64,000 nt of DNA, taken from positions 79,774 to 143,773 of the IMG/VR virus record IMGVR_UViG_3300013901_000006, one strand, 5' to 3'. Positions 40,378-49,984 of the stretch are shown in pieces. This stretch comes from a virus. Lineage: Duplodnaviria > Heunggongvirae > Uroviricota > Caudoviricetes. Position numbers and translations under genes: made by a program. The notes beneath the pieces are model-generated. The model ran no database searches. It was not told where the DNA came from and saw nothing but the letters and a program-made list of their open reading frames with translations. The stretch's first letter is position 1. Each line of letters begins with the position of its first letter.

Positions 40378-40821
40378 ATGGCTGAGTTGACTAAGAGCGA
40401 CTATAGATACTTTGAAATGGCACATAGGGAAGCTGAAAAATCTACCTATGATACCTTTCATCTTGGATGCGTTCTAGTCTATAAAGGTCACATTATCGGT
40501 CGCGGAAGCAATTCCTCTAAAACTTCACCTATTCAGGCCAAATATAATCAGTTCAGGCAGTTCCGATATGGGCCGCAATTAGTAGCACATAAAAACCATG
40601 CTGAAATCAGCGCTATTAAGAGTGTACCTTATCAGGTAGATAAAGAGACTGATTGGTCAAAGGTTTCATGTTACATTTATCGTATCTCTAAGGGTCGAAA
40701 AAAGAATGTGGGTTTAGCTCGACCTTGTGAGGGATGTTTTCAGGCACTTATCGATAAAGGTATTCGTAACATCTACTATACTACAAATAATGGCTATGCG
40801 TATGAGGAAATTCTTGTATAA
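40378..40821 (+). CDS. CDA-fold deaminase (dCMP/cytidine/tRNA-adenosine deaminase family)
   Basis: HAE...PCEGC zinc-binding signature (HxE, PCxxC). Confidence 0.6.
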   Translation: MAELTKSDYRYFEMAHREAEKSTYDTFHLGCVLVYKGHIIGRGSNSSKTSPIQAKYNQFRQFRYGPQLVAHKNHAEISAIKSVPYQVDKETDWSKVSCYIYRISKGRKKNVGLARPCEGCFQALIDKGIRNIYYTTNNGYAYEEILV

Positions 40822-41236
40822 TGAATATTGTTAGTATTGCTGTAATTATAATTTTTATGTTTTCTGTCTATTGCTATTATAATGGAAAGCGATTTAAATA
40901 ATGAAGTGTATTCTAATTTCAGATAAAGAAATGCAGGATTACCTAAAGCATTTTAATGAATCAAATGGTTCAAATTATAGCTTTGTATGGTGCCCTGAAT
41001 ATTGTAATCTGGTTGATTTTACCAATCATCATCGTCTTGATTATAATAATTCTTTGCAGGCAATTTTATATGAATTTAAATATGATAATATTGAACTTAA
41101 AGCGGTAATTAATCTTGCTATCGAGGAAGGAACTCCTTTAAGCGATGTATGCGGCCTTTATCATGATACTAGCCGCAAAACCTATATTCTTACTTGGAAT
41201 TAAAGCTATTAAGTAGATTCAAACAGTCTACTAAAT

Positions 41237-41311
41237 GGGCCATTAGCTCAGTTGGATTAGAGCCTGAAACTTCTATTTTCAAAGTCGCGCGTTCGAGTCG
41301 CGCATGGCTCA
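41237..41311 (+). tRNA. tRNA-Arg (anticodon TCT)
   Basis: Hand-folded cloverleaf. Acceptor GGGCCAT/ATGGCTC. D arm GCTC-AGTTGGATTA-GAGC. Anticodon stem TGAAA/TTTCA with loop CTTCTAT. T arm GCGCG-TTCGAGT-CGCGC. Confidence 0.75.
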
Positions 41312-41625
41312 CTTAGTAGACTGGCAATCAGTTAGTCTACGTTATTTAAAACAGCATTTTGAAAGGATTTATTGTGAAAATTCGTGATTGGGAAGACTTC
41401 GATGAAGAGGATAACTTTGAAAAATTTTCCCATAAGACAAAACTAATTCGCCAGCGCAAAGATGATACTTACAAAAGTAAGCGTCGTGAGAAGCGTGAGC
41501 GTCAAGAATTTGAAGAAAATGCTGCGAAGGGCGGGGAGTAATTCCTGCCTTTTTTTATTATAAAAAATAGTTGCCATTTGCCGCATAATCATATATAATA
41601 TATTTACCAAAAGAAAGAGGTAAGT

Positions 41626-42561
41626 ATGAATGAAGTAGATATGCTCCGCAATGATTCTCTTGTGCGGGAAAAGGATTTGGGAAACGGAATCTCGTCTTTC
41701 AATTTTTCCAATAAGTGCTTTTGGGATAAGAAGTGGACTACGGAGTCAATCAAGGCTCGCGGATTATTCTGTGATGTTAAAAATAACAATGTTGTTGCAC
41801 GTTCTTATAATAAGTTTTTCAATATTGGAGAGCGTCCTGAGACTGAAATGCGGAATCTTCGTACTACTTTTGCATATCCTGTGCAGGCATATGTGAAGTA
41901 TAATGGTTTTTTGGCAATCGTCTCAGCAGATAAGGATAATCCCGATAAGTTGTTCATCGCATCCAAGAGCACTAATGAAGGCCAGTTTGCGGGATACATT
42001 AAAAACATTATTAACTCTATGTTGAGCGAAGATGCGCAAAAGGATTTTGCAAACACCTTGCATAATCTTAATATCTCTGCTGTGTTTGAGTGTATTGACC
42101 AAGCGCATGACACGCATATTGTAGAATATTTCAGTCCGCATTTAGTTATGCTTGATTGTATTTATAATTCCTTTGAATATAAGCACATGTCATATGAGAA
42201 TATGAGAGAATTTGCATGTAAGTTTGGTTTTTTGTTTAAGGTTCGTTTTTCCATTTTAACAGATTGGGAAGATTTTACAAGTTTTATTGATTGGCATAAG
42301 GATGATAATGGGATTGAAGGATTTGTGTTTGAAGATGCTAATGGGTTCATGGTAAAGTATAAAACTTTATGGTATCGTTACTGGAAGCAGGTGCGTGGCG
42401 TTTTGCAGCAGGTCTGGAACGGACGTGATATTGATTCAATCAAGAATATCAATAACAAGATTAAGCCAGAGCACAAGCAGCCGCTTCTTGATTTCGTAGC
42501 TTCATGCCGCAATCGTGATGCGTGTCCATCAGTAATTGAATTCCGCAACTCTTTATCTTAA
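41626..42561 (+). CDS. RNA ligase of tRNA-ligase (Trl1/KxNG) type
   Basis: Motif I VKYNGF (K-x-N-G). Motif IV IEGFVFE. Motif V VKYKTLWY. 311 aa. Confidence 0.5.
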   Translation: MNEVDMLRNDSLVREKDLGNGISSFNFSNKCFWDKKWTTESIKARGLFCDVKNNNVVARSYNKFFNIGERPETEMRNLRTTFAYPVQAYVKYNGFLAIVSADKDNPDKLFIASKSTNEGQFAGYIKNIINSMLSEDAQKDFANTLHNLNISAVFECIDQAHDTHIVEYFSPHLVMLDCIYNSFEYKHMSYENMREFACKFGFLFKVRFSILTDWEDFTSFIDWHKDDNGIEGFVFEDANGFMVKYKTLWYRYWKQVRGVLQQVWNGRDIDSIKNINNKIKPEHKQPLLDFVASCRNRDACPSVIEFRNSLS

Positions 42562-43108
42562 TTTTAGTTTGACTCTTGGTATAATATATTATATAATATA
42601 ATTGTTCCAAGAGAGGAAAGGAAGTTATATGACTGCTACTTACACTACCGCCGTTCTTCGTCTCGCCAGCTATTACGTGGACAATAAGGATGATATTACC
42701 GGAGATTATATTGATGGGGCAGTTATGACTATCAGTAATGTCTATGGGGTGCGTGACGAGCGCATTCGCCGAGACATGTATAAGATGATTGACATTTTGA
42801 TTGATGGAGAGTAAAATGCTTTCATGGAATTGGGATATTAACAATCCTATTCGGCTTGGTATGGAGGACGAGCATATGCAGGAAAGCGTTTACAAGTGTA
42901 TCCAAGAGTTCGAAAATGAATATATGGGGCATCCATCTTGTGAAGAGTTTGAAGATACCTTGGAGCGCAACGGTATTGACCCGTCTGACATGCCTAATTG
43001 CTATTGGAACGATTTAGCTCAATATCTTTAATTCTATGGGAGATTGTCTATTGACAGTCTCCCTATTTTTTTATATAATATAAAAAGTATATATTGAAAG
43101 GATGATGT

Positions 43109-43921
43109 ATGATTAAACTTGCAATTCCCTTTCAATTGAATGGAGAGTTAAATGATGATGTAAAAGAATTCAATATTCTTTTTTATAAATCTCGAAATTC
43201 AATTGAAGATTTGATTGAATTCGTTCAAGAGTATGAGGATACTCGCATTAATCTGGAATTCCCAGAAGGAATTCATATGCCGACAGTCAAATCAATTAAT
43301 AAAGTCTCTGATAATATTTATATTAAGGTTGCTCCTGCGGATATTCTTAAAGTTGTAGAGCTTAAAGAAAATAATTTTAAATTCTTTTTTAATCAAGATA
43401 TGCCGGTATCAACATACACAGCACTTGATGCCTTTTTCCGCATGGGTGTATCAGACGTATACATTGCAGATGACTTGTGCTATAATTTAACAGAAGTGCG
43501 GCAAATGTGTGAAAGTCATAACGTACAAATGCGGCTAGTCCTTAATAAGATTCCATGCACTACTTTTGACCGTGGAGTTAATCCCAAGAGTCCAATCTAT
43601 ATGCCTAAAGACTTTGAGCTTTTGGATGGATATTTTGATGTATTTGAATTTGAGTGCGGCCTACCGTATGACTGGGCTAAGTTCGATGTTCTATATCGAG
43701 CATGGTTTATCAATCATTATTGGCATGGTCAAATGAGCGAAATAAATGAAGATGTAGACCAGAATTTTCATTGTGACGCAATCCATCCTGATTTTACCCG
43801 CAATAAACTAAATTGTGAACGTAGATGCTGCAAAAGGGTGTCAAATAATTGCCGCAAATGTGAAGATTTTCTTGAGCTTGGTGAAGTATTGAAAGCTAAG
43901 AGAATTCGATTTACAAATTAA
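43109..43921 (+). CDS. Hypothetical protein with Cys-rich C-terminus
   Basis: 270 aa ORF with CERRCCKRVSNNCRKCEDF, behind a terminator-promoter cassette at 43040-43090. Confidence 0.35.
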   Translation: MIKLAIPFQLNGELNDDVKEFNILFYKSRNSIEDLIEFVQEYEDTRINLEFPEGIHMPTVKSINKVSDNIYIKVAPADILKVVELKENNFKFFFNQDMPVSTYTALDAFFRMGVSDVYIADDLCYNLTEVRQMCESHNVQMRLVLNKIPCTTFDRGVNPKSPIYMPKDFELLDGYFDVFEFECGLPYDWAKFDVLYRAWFINHYWHGQMSEINEDVDQNFHCDAIHPDFTRNKLNCERRCCKRVSNNCRKCEDFLELGEVLKAKRIRFTN

Positions 43922-44016
43922 TTGGGCAAATGATTATAAACTTTTGCCCATATTTTTTATAAATATATAAGCAATCGTCTAACTGTCGTATAGGATTTAA
44001 GGAGAATTTTATTCAA

Positions 44017-44796
44017 ATGACAATCATTAAAAACAGGGCAACGAAAGCATTGGCCTATGGTGTATCTATTTTAGCCTTGGCCGGAGTGACAAATGCTTAT
44101 TGCGCTTCAAACGCAAGCGCTATGTCCAACGATGAAATCTTAGCTGCGGCTACTCGTGAAATCAAAGTTGAAACCATGTTCAAATATAAAGAAGATGGAT
44201 ATGATAACGCGCAAAGTTGGCTGGTAGATAAGATTAATATGCAAACCCAGCAGCAAGACCAAGTAACAAGAATCATTCAAGATTATGGAGATTATCTAGA
44301 TTTAAATGAGATTTCTCAAATTCAACAGATTATGGAAAAGCAATCTGTGGCAACTAGTATCTCTGAATTAAAGCAGTATAAAGCTGAACTTGATAAATGG
44401 TCACAGTATGGTGCCGATAAAAAACAAAAAGCACTCCAAGAGAAGAAAGAAGCGGAAGAGCGCGCGGCACAAGAAGCATTAGCGGCAGAGCAGGCAGCAC
44501 AACAGGCCGCAATCGCTCAAAATGTGCAAACTATTTCATATAGTAATACCAATGCAAATACTTCTTACTCTTGGTCTGGTGGCAGCGCGAAAGATTTTAT
44601 CGTAAGCAAAGAAAGTGGCGGTAATTATAATGCTACCAACGGTAGGTTTTTTGGCGCGTATCAGTTAGATATATCCTACCTTAATGGTGATTTATCGCAA
44701 GAAAATCAAGACCGTGTTGCCGAACAATATGTAAACAATAGATATGGCAGTTGGGAAAACGCTGCCGCACATTGGCAGTCTAACGGTTGGTATTAA
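44017..44796 (+). CDS. Secreted protein with C-terminal Rpf/transglycosylase-like domain
   Basis: Signal/TM segment ALAYGVSILALAGVTNAYCAS. Coiled-coil middle. C-terminal SKESGGNYNATNGRFFGAYQLDISY resembles the ESGGN...G..G.YQ lytic-transglycosylase-like fold. Confidence 0.45.
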   Translation: MTIIKNRATKALAYGVSILALAGVTNAYCASNASAMSNDEILAAATREIKVETMFKYKEDGYDNAQSWLVDKINMQTQQQDQVTRIIQDYGDYLDLNEISQIQQIMEKQSVATSISELKQYKAELDKWSQYGADKKQKALQEKKEAEERAAQEALAAEQAAQQAAIAQNVQTISYSNTNANTSYSWSGGSAKDFIVSKESGGNYNATNGRFFGAYQLDISYLNGDLSQENQDRVAEQYVNNRYGSWENAAAHWQSNGWY

Positions 44797-46023
44797 GAAA
44801 GTAGTTGACAATATTTGAAATGTTTGGTAATATATTATTGAAAGTTAAGAAGTGGGCAATTCCAGTAATTGCCGCATTAATCGTTGTGGTTGGGGGCCTA
44901 ACAGTATGGGTTAACACTACCTTCCAAGGTCAACTTTGGTTCGACAAAATGACAAATCAAAGAACTCCACCTCCTGAGAATCACTGTATCAGGGTGTATT
45001 CCGCAGGAGAGCTCGTTGGAGACTATGATGGACATTATTCTGTAGAACAATTTGATGACCACATTGTTCTTATCAATCATGATAAACATGATGATAAAAC
45101 TGAAATCTACGGTGAAACCGCAGTGATTGTAGACGAAGATTAAAAGGAGAAAATTAATGGTTGAATCTTATGGTATGAATTTTAATGCTGCACTAACGCA
45201 GGATAAAGATGGTAAGGTGTCTCTTGGTGTACACGTGACCGATTCGGACGGCCTGGATATTGACAAGAATGAATCTGGCAGCGATATTCCAAAAGTCATT
45301 GAAAATCTTTGCAGTGGTCTGATTAAAGACCTAACAGTTGTATCTAATGGCCGCAAAGCCAAAAAGGAGAAGGAAGATGCGGAGAAGCGTCGTGCGGCCA
45401 AAGCTGAGAAGCAGAAGAAGATTGCAGACCTTAAAGCACAGGCAGAAGCTCTACAAAAAGAGATTGCCGCACTGGAATCTGAAAAAACGTCCTCCACGCC
45501 CAAGACTACAGTGAGTGCTCTAGATTCACTTTCCAAGGACTTTGAATCTCTGCTGGACGATTCAACTATGAAAATTTTCCGCAAGATGCTGTTCTAAAAT
45601 TTATCTTGCAAACCCATATATAAAGTTATATAATATACTTAAAGAAAAGGAAGGAGATACAGGATGTTCGTAGGTGACAAGTTTTATAACATTGATACGG
45701 AACGCGACTTTGACGCTTGCTTGAAAGAGAACGGTTTCGACCCTGCGGAAATTAAAAACTATGCTATCTCCTTCCACGTTTCTAATCGCGCATGTTGCGT
45801 AGAAGGCCTACTTGGTGACGATTGGGCGGAAGTATCTCATGCGATTCAACAGGAGTGTGATGACTTGCGGAATGAGGTGGATAACCTTGAATCTCGTTCT
45901 CGCAAAGGCAATACTCGTGCTGACATTGCTAAACGTCTTAGCACTATTCTTGAGAATATTTATGACCTTGCTTTATCGAATCAAATTTATGACCCCGATG
46001 AACTTTAAGTAATATTTTTTTCT

Positions 46024-46052
46024 TGACAAAAAGGAAAATTAACTATATAATA
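46024..46052 (+). promoter_or_regulatory. Consensus TTGACA-17-TATAAT promoter feeding a ~100-nt transcript ending at the 46120-46165 terminator
   Basis: TTGACA aaaaggaaaattaacta TATAAT. No ORF before the downstream hairpin and T-run. Confidence 0.55.
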
Positions 46053-46119
46053 TATTTGAAATCTTTGGACAAAGATGTATAATTTTGTTGTACAACTTTT
46101 TATATTATATAGTGGTGCT

Positions 46120-46165
46120 AGAGCCTACAGTGTTCCAGAAATATTGTAGGCTCATTTTTCTTTTG
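46120..46165 (+). terminator. Intrinsic terminator (GAGCCTACA...TGTAGGCTC + TTTTTCTTTT)
   Basis: 9-bp perfect stem followed by a T-run. Confidence 0.6.
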
Positions 46166-46170
46166 GCAAA

Positions 46171-46240
46171 GCCAGTTTAGTATAACAGTAATACATCGCT
46201 CTTGTAAAGCGAAGCAGACAGGGCAGCACTGTCAACTGGC
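46171..46240 (+). tRNA. tRNA-Thr (anticodon TGT)-like gene with non-canonical D- and T-loops
   Basis: Perfect acceptor GCCAGTT/AACTGGC + TCCA. D stem GTAT/ATAC. Anticodon stem TCGCT/AGCGA with loop CTTGTAA. T stem GACAG/CTGTC, but the T loop is GGCAGCA and the D loop lacks GG. Confidence 0.45.
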
Positions 46241-46481
46241 TCCAATATTTTAGTATTCTATGAGGATAATATAAAAGGAGATTCGACCACTCCAAGCAAT
46301 GCACTTGTATTATTCTCATAGAGTGCTAACCTTAGACACTCTCCAAGTGATAGTAGAGCGGAATTTGACCCCGTCTGTGCTATCCCAAGTTATAAGCGAT
46401 TCGGGCAGTCGCTATACAAATTTGCCCACTTTAGATTATTAGATAGGCTACATAGGGAGTAGCTACCTCATGGAAAAGTGA

Positions 46482-46537
46482 ATATCCACCACCTGCCTAT
46501 CTATTGTATTTAGTGGATAGGAAAGTGTGGATATATG
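46482..46537 (+). promoter_or_regulatory. Stable hairpin sequestering the RBS and start codon of the HNH endonuclease gene
   Basis: ATATCCAC...CCTATC-loop-GATAGG-AAAGT-GTGGATAT. The 3' arm ends at the ATG (46535). SD-like AGGAAAG lies inside the 3' arm. Confidence 0.5.
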
Positions 46538-47260
46538 CTTAAATGTATTATTTGTGAAAAAGATTTTGTTATTAGACCAAATGGTAAAATGGGCGGGGCA
46601 AATCGTCAAATTTGTTATAATTGCTTGCCTGAAGATATTAGTTCAAAACAAGAAAGACGAAAAGCTACGAATTTTCTTATTAGTCAAAAGCTTCAAAAAG
46701 AAAAAACAAGTCGTGGCTGCGATATTTGTGGTTACAATAGTTGCGGAGCAGCATTAGAGTGGCATCATTATAATAGCGATAAAGATTTTAATCCAAGTGC
46801 TATTCCAGTATGCAATTGGGAAACATTGAAGAAATATCGTAAAGAAACTCAAAAATGTCAATTATTATGTGCAAATTGCCATAGAGAAATACATTATAAA
46901 AAATATTGGGGAAATTTTATTATGCCAATTGATAGTGGCCAAAGTGAAAATTTCAGAAAAGAAGTTTGTGATTATTACAAAGAAAACCTAAACATAAATA
47001 AAACTAGCGTTTATTTCCATAAAAATCGCGAAACAATTAAAAATATTCTGCTGTATTGTGGAGTTAAGATAACTAAAGAAGACAATCATAAATCTGTCAG
47101 TATGATAAATATTAAAACAAATGAAATTATTAAAACATTTTACAGTTTAAATGAAGCTAGTGATTTTTTAAATAAAGGTAAAGGTGGCATTACCCATATA
47201 TCTGATGCTTGTTCCGGGAAAAGAAAGACTGCTTACGGGTACAAATGGCGTTATGAATAA
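46535..47260 (+). CDS. HNH homing endonuclease
   Basis: Zn-ribbon CIICEK...CYNC. HNH core EWHHYNSDKDFN...CANCHREIHYKKY. Confidence 0.7.
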   Translation: MLKCIICEKDFVIRPNGKMGGANRQICYNCLPEDISSKQERRKATNFLISQKLQKEKTSRGCDICGYNSCGAALEWHHYNSDKDFNPSAIPVCNWETLKKYRKETQKCQLLCANCHREIHYKKYWGNFIMPIDSGQSENFRKEVCDYYKENLNINKTSVYFHKNRETIKNILLYCGVKITKEDNHKSVSMINIKTNEIIKTFYSLNEASDFLNKGKGGITHISDACSGKRKTAYGYKWRYE

Positions 47261-47343
47261 TATTTTTCATTTTTACTTTTAAAAATTATTTGACAAATTA
47301 TCAAATAATTTGATATAATATAGTTAACAAAAGGAGAAACACT

Positions 47344-47500
47344 TCTTTTGAACATAGGGTTCCTAAACCAAAAGAATTAGGTGCGGCTTAAGGTTTCAGA
47401 CTACAGATAAAAGAAACTTAGTGATTAAATAAATGATGCGAAAGAACGTCTGAAAAATCACGATTAAAATATGGTTTGCGGTTATCCTAAAACCGCACCT
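47344..47500 (+). ncRNA. Candidate structured small RNA (~160 nt) closed by a 10-bp long-range helix and U-tract
   Basis: UUAGGUGCGG (47374-83) pairs with CCGCACCUAA (47488-97). Internal helices UUUCAGAC/GUCUGAAA and GUGAU/AUCAC. Followed by AAAUUUUUC. Promoter at about 47293-47321. Confidence 0.4.
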
Positions 47501-47857
47501 AAAATTTTTCTTGACTTCTAGTTGAGAATAATGTACAATATATTTAGAAGAAAAGGGGGGAAAAGGATAGTCAACAGTACCATCAACAAACCAGTGACCC
47601 TGCGGCGAATATTAATGAGCCAATACCCATAAGATGTAATATCGAGTACGCTGTTAGGTTGATTAAATTTTTCTTCCAAATAAGTTTAAACGCCAAGAGA
47701 AAGAGGTAAAATGGCACAGTCTATCGAGTCTATGGAGCAGCGTTATCAGATGCTTATTAACCGAAAGGGTAAGAATTCAGAAAATGTAGGCATTATGCGC
47801 AAACTTCGCCGCAAGATTAACAAGGCTAAGTCAGGTATCATTCTTTCTTAATTTTAT

Positions 47858-47980
47858 ATGCGTGATAGGGATTCAGTTACTTCATATCAATAGCAGAGAT
47901 ATAGGCTGTCGGTTCGAATCCGACCATCTACGGATGTAGCTCAACAGGTAGAGCGATGTCATTTTATAGTCTGAATCCAA
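47858..47980 (+). ncRNA. Y-RNA-like tRNA-like RNA, copy A (closing helix + T-arm + acceptor-like hairpin + D-arm)
   Basis: 5' box AUGCGUGAUAGGGAUUCAGUUACUUC. GGAUUCAG (47869-76) pairs with CUGAAUCC (47971-78). Enclosed: GUCGG-UUCGAAU-CCGAC, CUACGGAUGUAG, and GCUC-AACAGGUA-GAGC. Confidence 0.5.
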
Positions 47981-48204
47981 GATTTCCGCATATTTTTTCT
48001 TGACTTTTGGTTATATATATTATATAATATATTTAGTTCAAAGGAGATAACATGAAATACTGCATTTGCCGTGAAAAAACTACGCATTGCCTGTCTATTC
48101 GAGTTGATACTGACTGCTCGCCTGTACGCTTTGATGTACTTTCCATTCATGACACTTTCGAAGAGGCAGATGCGGCACTTCGTTTTTATCTTGATTAATC
48201 TATT

Positions 48205-48290
48205 TTATAGATAGATTAATTTGAACATTCCGCAGCCAGAGCCAATCTGGACCGCCGCATACTTGAAAGGAAGCGGGTTTGAATGTTTTA
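48205..48290 (+). ncRNA. Candidate small structured RNA between a 48-aa ORF and tRNA-Lys
   Basis: Terminal pairing GAACAUUC/GAAUGUUU encloses hairpins CCAGA-gccaat-UCUGG and CCGC-N14-GCGG. Speculative. Confidence 0.25.
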
Positions 48291-48291
48291 T

Positions 48292-48364
48292 GCGCCCTTA
48301 GCTTAGTTGGTAAAGCGGTGGACTCTTAATCCAAAGACCGTCAGTTCGAATCTGACAGGACGCA
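48292..48364 (+). tRNA. tRNA-Lys (anticodon CTT), two non-Watson-Crick pairs
   Basis: Acceptor GCGCCCT/AGGACGC (C4·A69). D GCTT-AGTTGGTA-AAGC. Anticodon stem GTGGA/TCCAA (G27·A43) with loop CTCTTAA. T arm GTCAG-TTCGAAT-CTGAC. Confidence 0.5.
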
Positions 48365-48379
48365 CCTATTTTATTTCGC

Positions 48380-48452
48380 TCGTCTGTAGTTCAGCTGGTA
48401 GAACATTTGGCTGTTAACCAAAATGTCGTAGGTTCGAGTCCTACCGGACGAG
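48380..48452 (+). tRNA. tRNA-Asn (anticodon GTT)
   Basis: Acceptor TCGTCTG/CGGACGA. D GTTC-AGCTGGTA-GAAC. Anticodon stem TTTGG/CCAAA with loop CTGTTAA. T arm GTAGG-TTCGAGT-CCTAC. Confidence 0.7.
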
Positions 48453-48465
48453 CAAAATAAAATAT

Positions 48466-48494
48466 TTGACAAAATCATTTCGGTAGTATATAAT
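48466..48494 (+). promoter_or_regulatory. TTGACA-17-TATAAT promoter for a ~150-nt non-coding transcript
   Basis: TTGACA aaatcatttcggtagta TATAAT. No ORF until 48683. Confidence 0.5.
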
Positions 48495-48499
48495 ATAAA

Positions 48500-48655
48500 T
48501 ATAAAATAACAAGTCTTCAAGAATCTTAACTCATACGGTTTGGCCGTCGATAGAGGAACTACTAAGGACGGGACACCTGAATGCTAGCTAATACAGGGAG
48601 CAGACAGCCAGTATTGTTCTTGATGTAATCGAATGAGCTATCTTGTTGTTTTATA
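48500..48655 (+). ncRNA. Candidate structured small RNA (~150 nt)
   Basis: Ends pair (AUAACAAG / CUUGUUGUUUU) followed by a U-tract. Internal helices CCGUC/GACGG, CUCAU/AUGAG, GCUAGC. Confidence 0.35.
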
Positions 48656-49349
48656 TTTATATTATTGGTCGAAAGGTTTCAAATGAAATTATATCTGAAA
48701 CACTATACTAACAAAATTTTATGGTCAGAGCCAAAAGATGATGATGAAGCATATAAAGATATTCAAAATTGGTTAACAGAACATTATCCAATTAATCATT
48801 ATATGCGGCATTGGGTAGATAATGCTGGTGTTCATTGGATTGATTTTGGTTCGCACACAGATTTCTTTTGCATTGAAGGAGAGTAGGCAATGTCTTACAA
48901 CAAGGAAGAAGATTTGAAGTTGAAATACGCTTATATTCCCGATGATGCGGCAAATGCCCCTGCTTCTAAAAAGAAGAAGCCGTCTCCTAAGAAAGCCAAC
49001 CATAAACATAATTATGATAAAAGTATTATCATCAATTATTATGATAAATATACTGGTAAGTGGACCTATTCATATAGGAATATCTGCACTGTTTGCGGCC
49101 GCATTGGTGATTTTAAAGATAAAGATGGAATCATCGCAAAGACTTTCCCGCACATCGGTACTTGTTGGTTTGGCTTTTCTGTTGCTTTTGGATATAATGC
49201 AGAATTTGAGGAGTTTACCGAATGGTCAAAAACTTGGTATCCTGTAATTGTTTGGAAAGACTATCAGCCTTTATCAGATAAGTTTATTCCTAACGAGTTT
49301 TTTGATGAACTTAAAATCGGAACAGATAAAGTAGATTAATAATGTACCT

Positions 49350-49434
49350 CGGGAGTTGATGGAATTGGCATACATAGCGGCCTCAAAAGCCGTCGGTTAT
49401 TGTAACCATACGAGTTCGAATCTCGTACTCCCGA
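49350..49434 (+). tRNA. tRNA-Leu (anticodon CAA), class II with long variable arm, CCA encoded
   Basis: Acceptor CGGGAGT/ACTCCCG-A-CCA. D loop GAATTGGCATA. Anticodon stem GCGGC/GCCGT with loop CTCAAAA. Variable arm GGTTA-TTG-TAACC. T arm ACGAG-TTCGAAT-CTCGT. Confidence 0.7.
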
Positions 49435-49442
49435 CCAGAACT

Positions 49443-49525
49443 GCTACGGTATCCCATTAAAGACATGGACCGGCCTGTAAAATCGGTACCTTAAGGTTGA
49501 CTAGGAGCGTTACCTAGACGTAGCA
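49443..49525 (+). tRNA. tRNA-Tyr (anticodon GTA)-like class II gene with non-canonical T-loop, CCA encoded
   Basis: Acceptor GCTACGG/ACGTAGC (G7·A66). Anticodon loop CTGTAAA is identical to bacterial tRNA-Tyr. Variable arm ACC-TTAA-GGT. T stem CTAGG/CCTAG but loop AGCGTTA. D loop lacks GG. Confidence 0.4.
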
Positions 49526-49541
49526 CCAATTGTATTTTATA

Positions 49542-49616
49542 ATGCGTGACAGAAAATCAGTTACTTCTATTTTAAAAATAAGATATTGGTTCGATTCCAA
49601 TTACCGCATAAAAACT
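49542..49616 (+). ncRNA. Y-RNA-like tRNA-like RNA, copy B (minimal: closing helix + hairpin + T-arm)
   Basis: 5' box AUGCGUGACAGAAAAUCAGUUACUUC. GAAAAUCAGUU (49552-62) pairs with AACUGAUUUU (49605-14). T-arm AUUGG-UUCGAUU-CCAAU. Confidence 0.45.
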
Positions 49617-49659
49617 GATTTTAGTATTTCCGCGTTTAATTTTTATTCTGGTATGTGAT

Positions 49660-49930
49660 TGAGTTTTAGTTACTTCGAAGATATATATTATGTTTTAAAT
49701 TAATTAAAATTTAAATTAAAAGAACCGGCTTTTACGTCAGACTATAACGGCGTAACAAAAAACTGGTAACTTATACTAAAACTAGTATTTCCATACCTTC
49801 CTCTTTCTCTTGGATAAGTGATTGAACCGCATAGTTACTTCATATTTTTGGTATAATATAATTCAGTCTATGTGATATTATTTCCTTATCTTAAACATTT
49901 TGCGTGATTGGTTCAAGAGATACTTCATAA
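49660..49930 (+). repeat. Three decayed partial copies of the GUGAU...AGUUACUUC 5' box
   Basis: GTGATTGAGTTTTAGTTACTTC (~49657), GTGATTGAACCGCATAGTTACTTCATAT (~49822), TGCGTGATTGGTTCAAGAGATACTTCAT (~49893). None has a following T-arm. Confidence 0.4.
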
Positions 49931-49984
49931 ATATTTTATGACATTTTTTTTTTGCTCTCTCTTGGGCATACTTTCCGCTTTAAT

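Noticed and set aside
41210-41345. Inverted repeats (AGTCTACTAAAT ... TTAGTAGACTGG / GTTAGTCTAC) flanking tRNA-Arg, considered as a mobile-element signature
   Set aside because: Short (10-12 bp) and more likely tRNA-processing or terminator-like structure. No transposase or integrase nearby.
46250-46480. Additional tRNAs between tRNA-Thr-like and the HNH gene (GGAG-ATTCGACCA-CTCC, AGCGA-TTCGGGCAG-TCGCT hairpins)
   Set aside because: Loops are 9 nt and no acceptor/D/anticodon arms can be assembled. Left as unassigned structured sequence, possibly part of the HNH gene 5' leader.
47853-47935. Tried to fold copy A (and copy B at 49540-49616) as conventional tRNAs because of their perfect GGTTCGAATCC T-arms
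   Set aside because: No 7-bp acceptor partner exists for the 3' end (CATCTAC / TACCGCA). The D-arm in copy A lies downstream of the T-arm, and the segment before the T-arm is 4 nt too short. Better explained as permuted tRNA-like (Y-RNA-like) modules.
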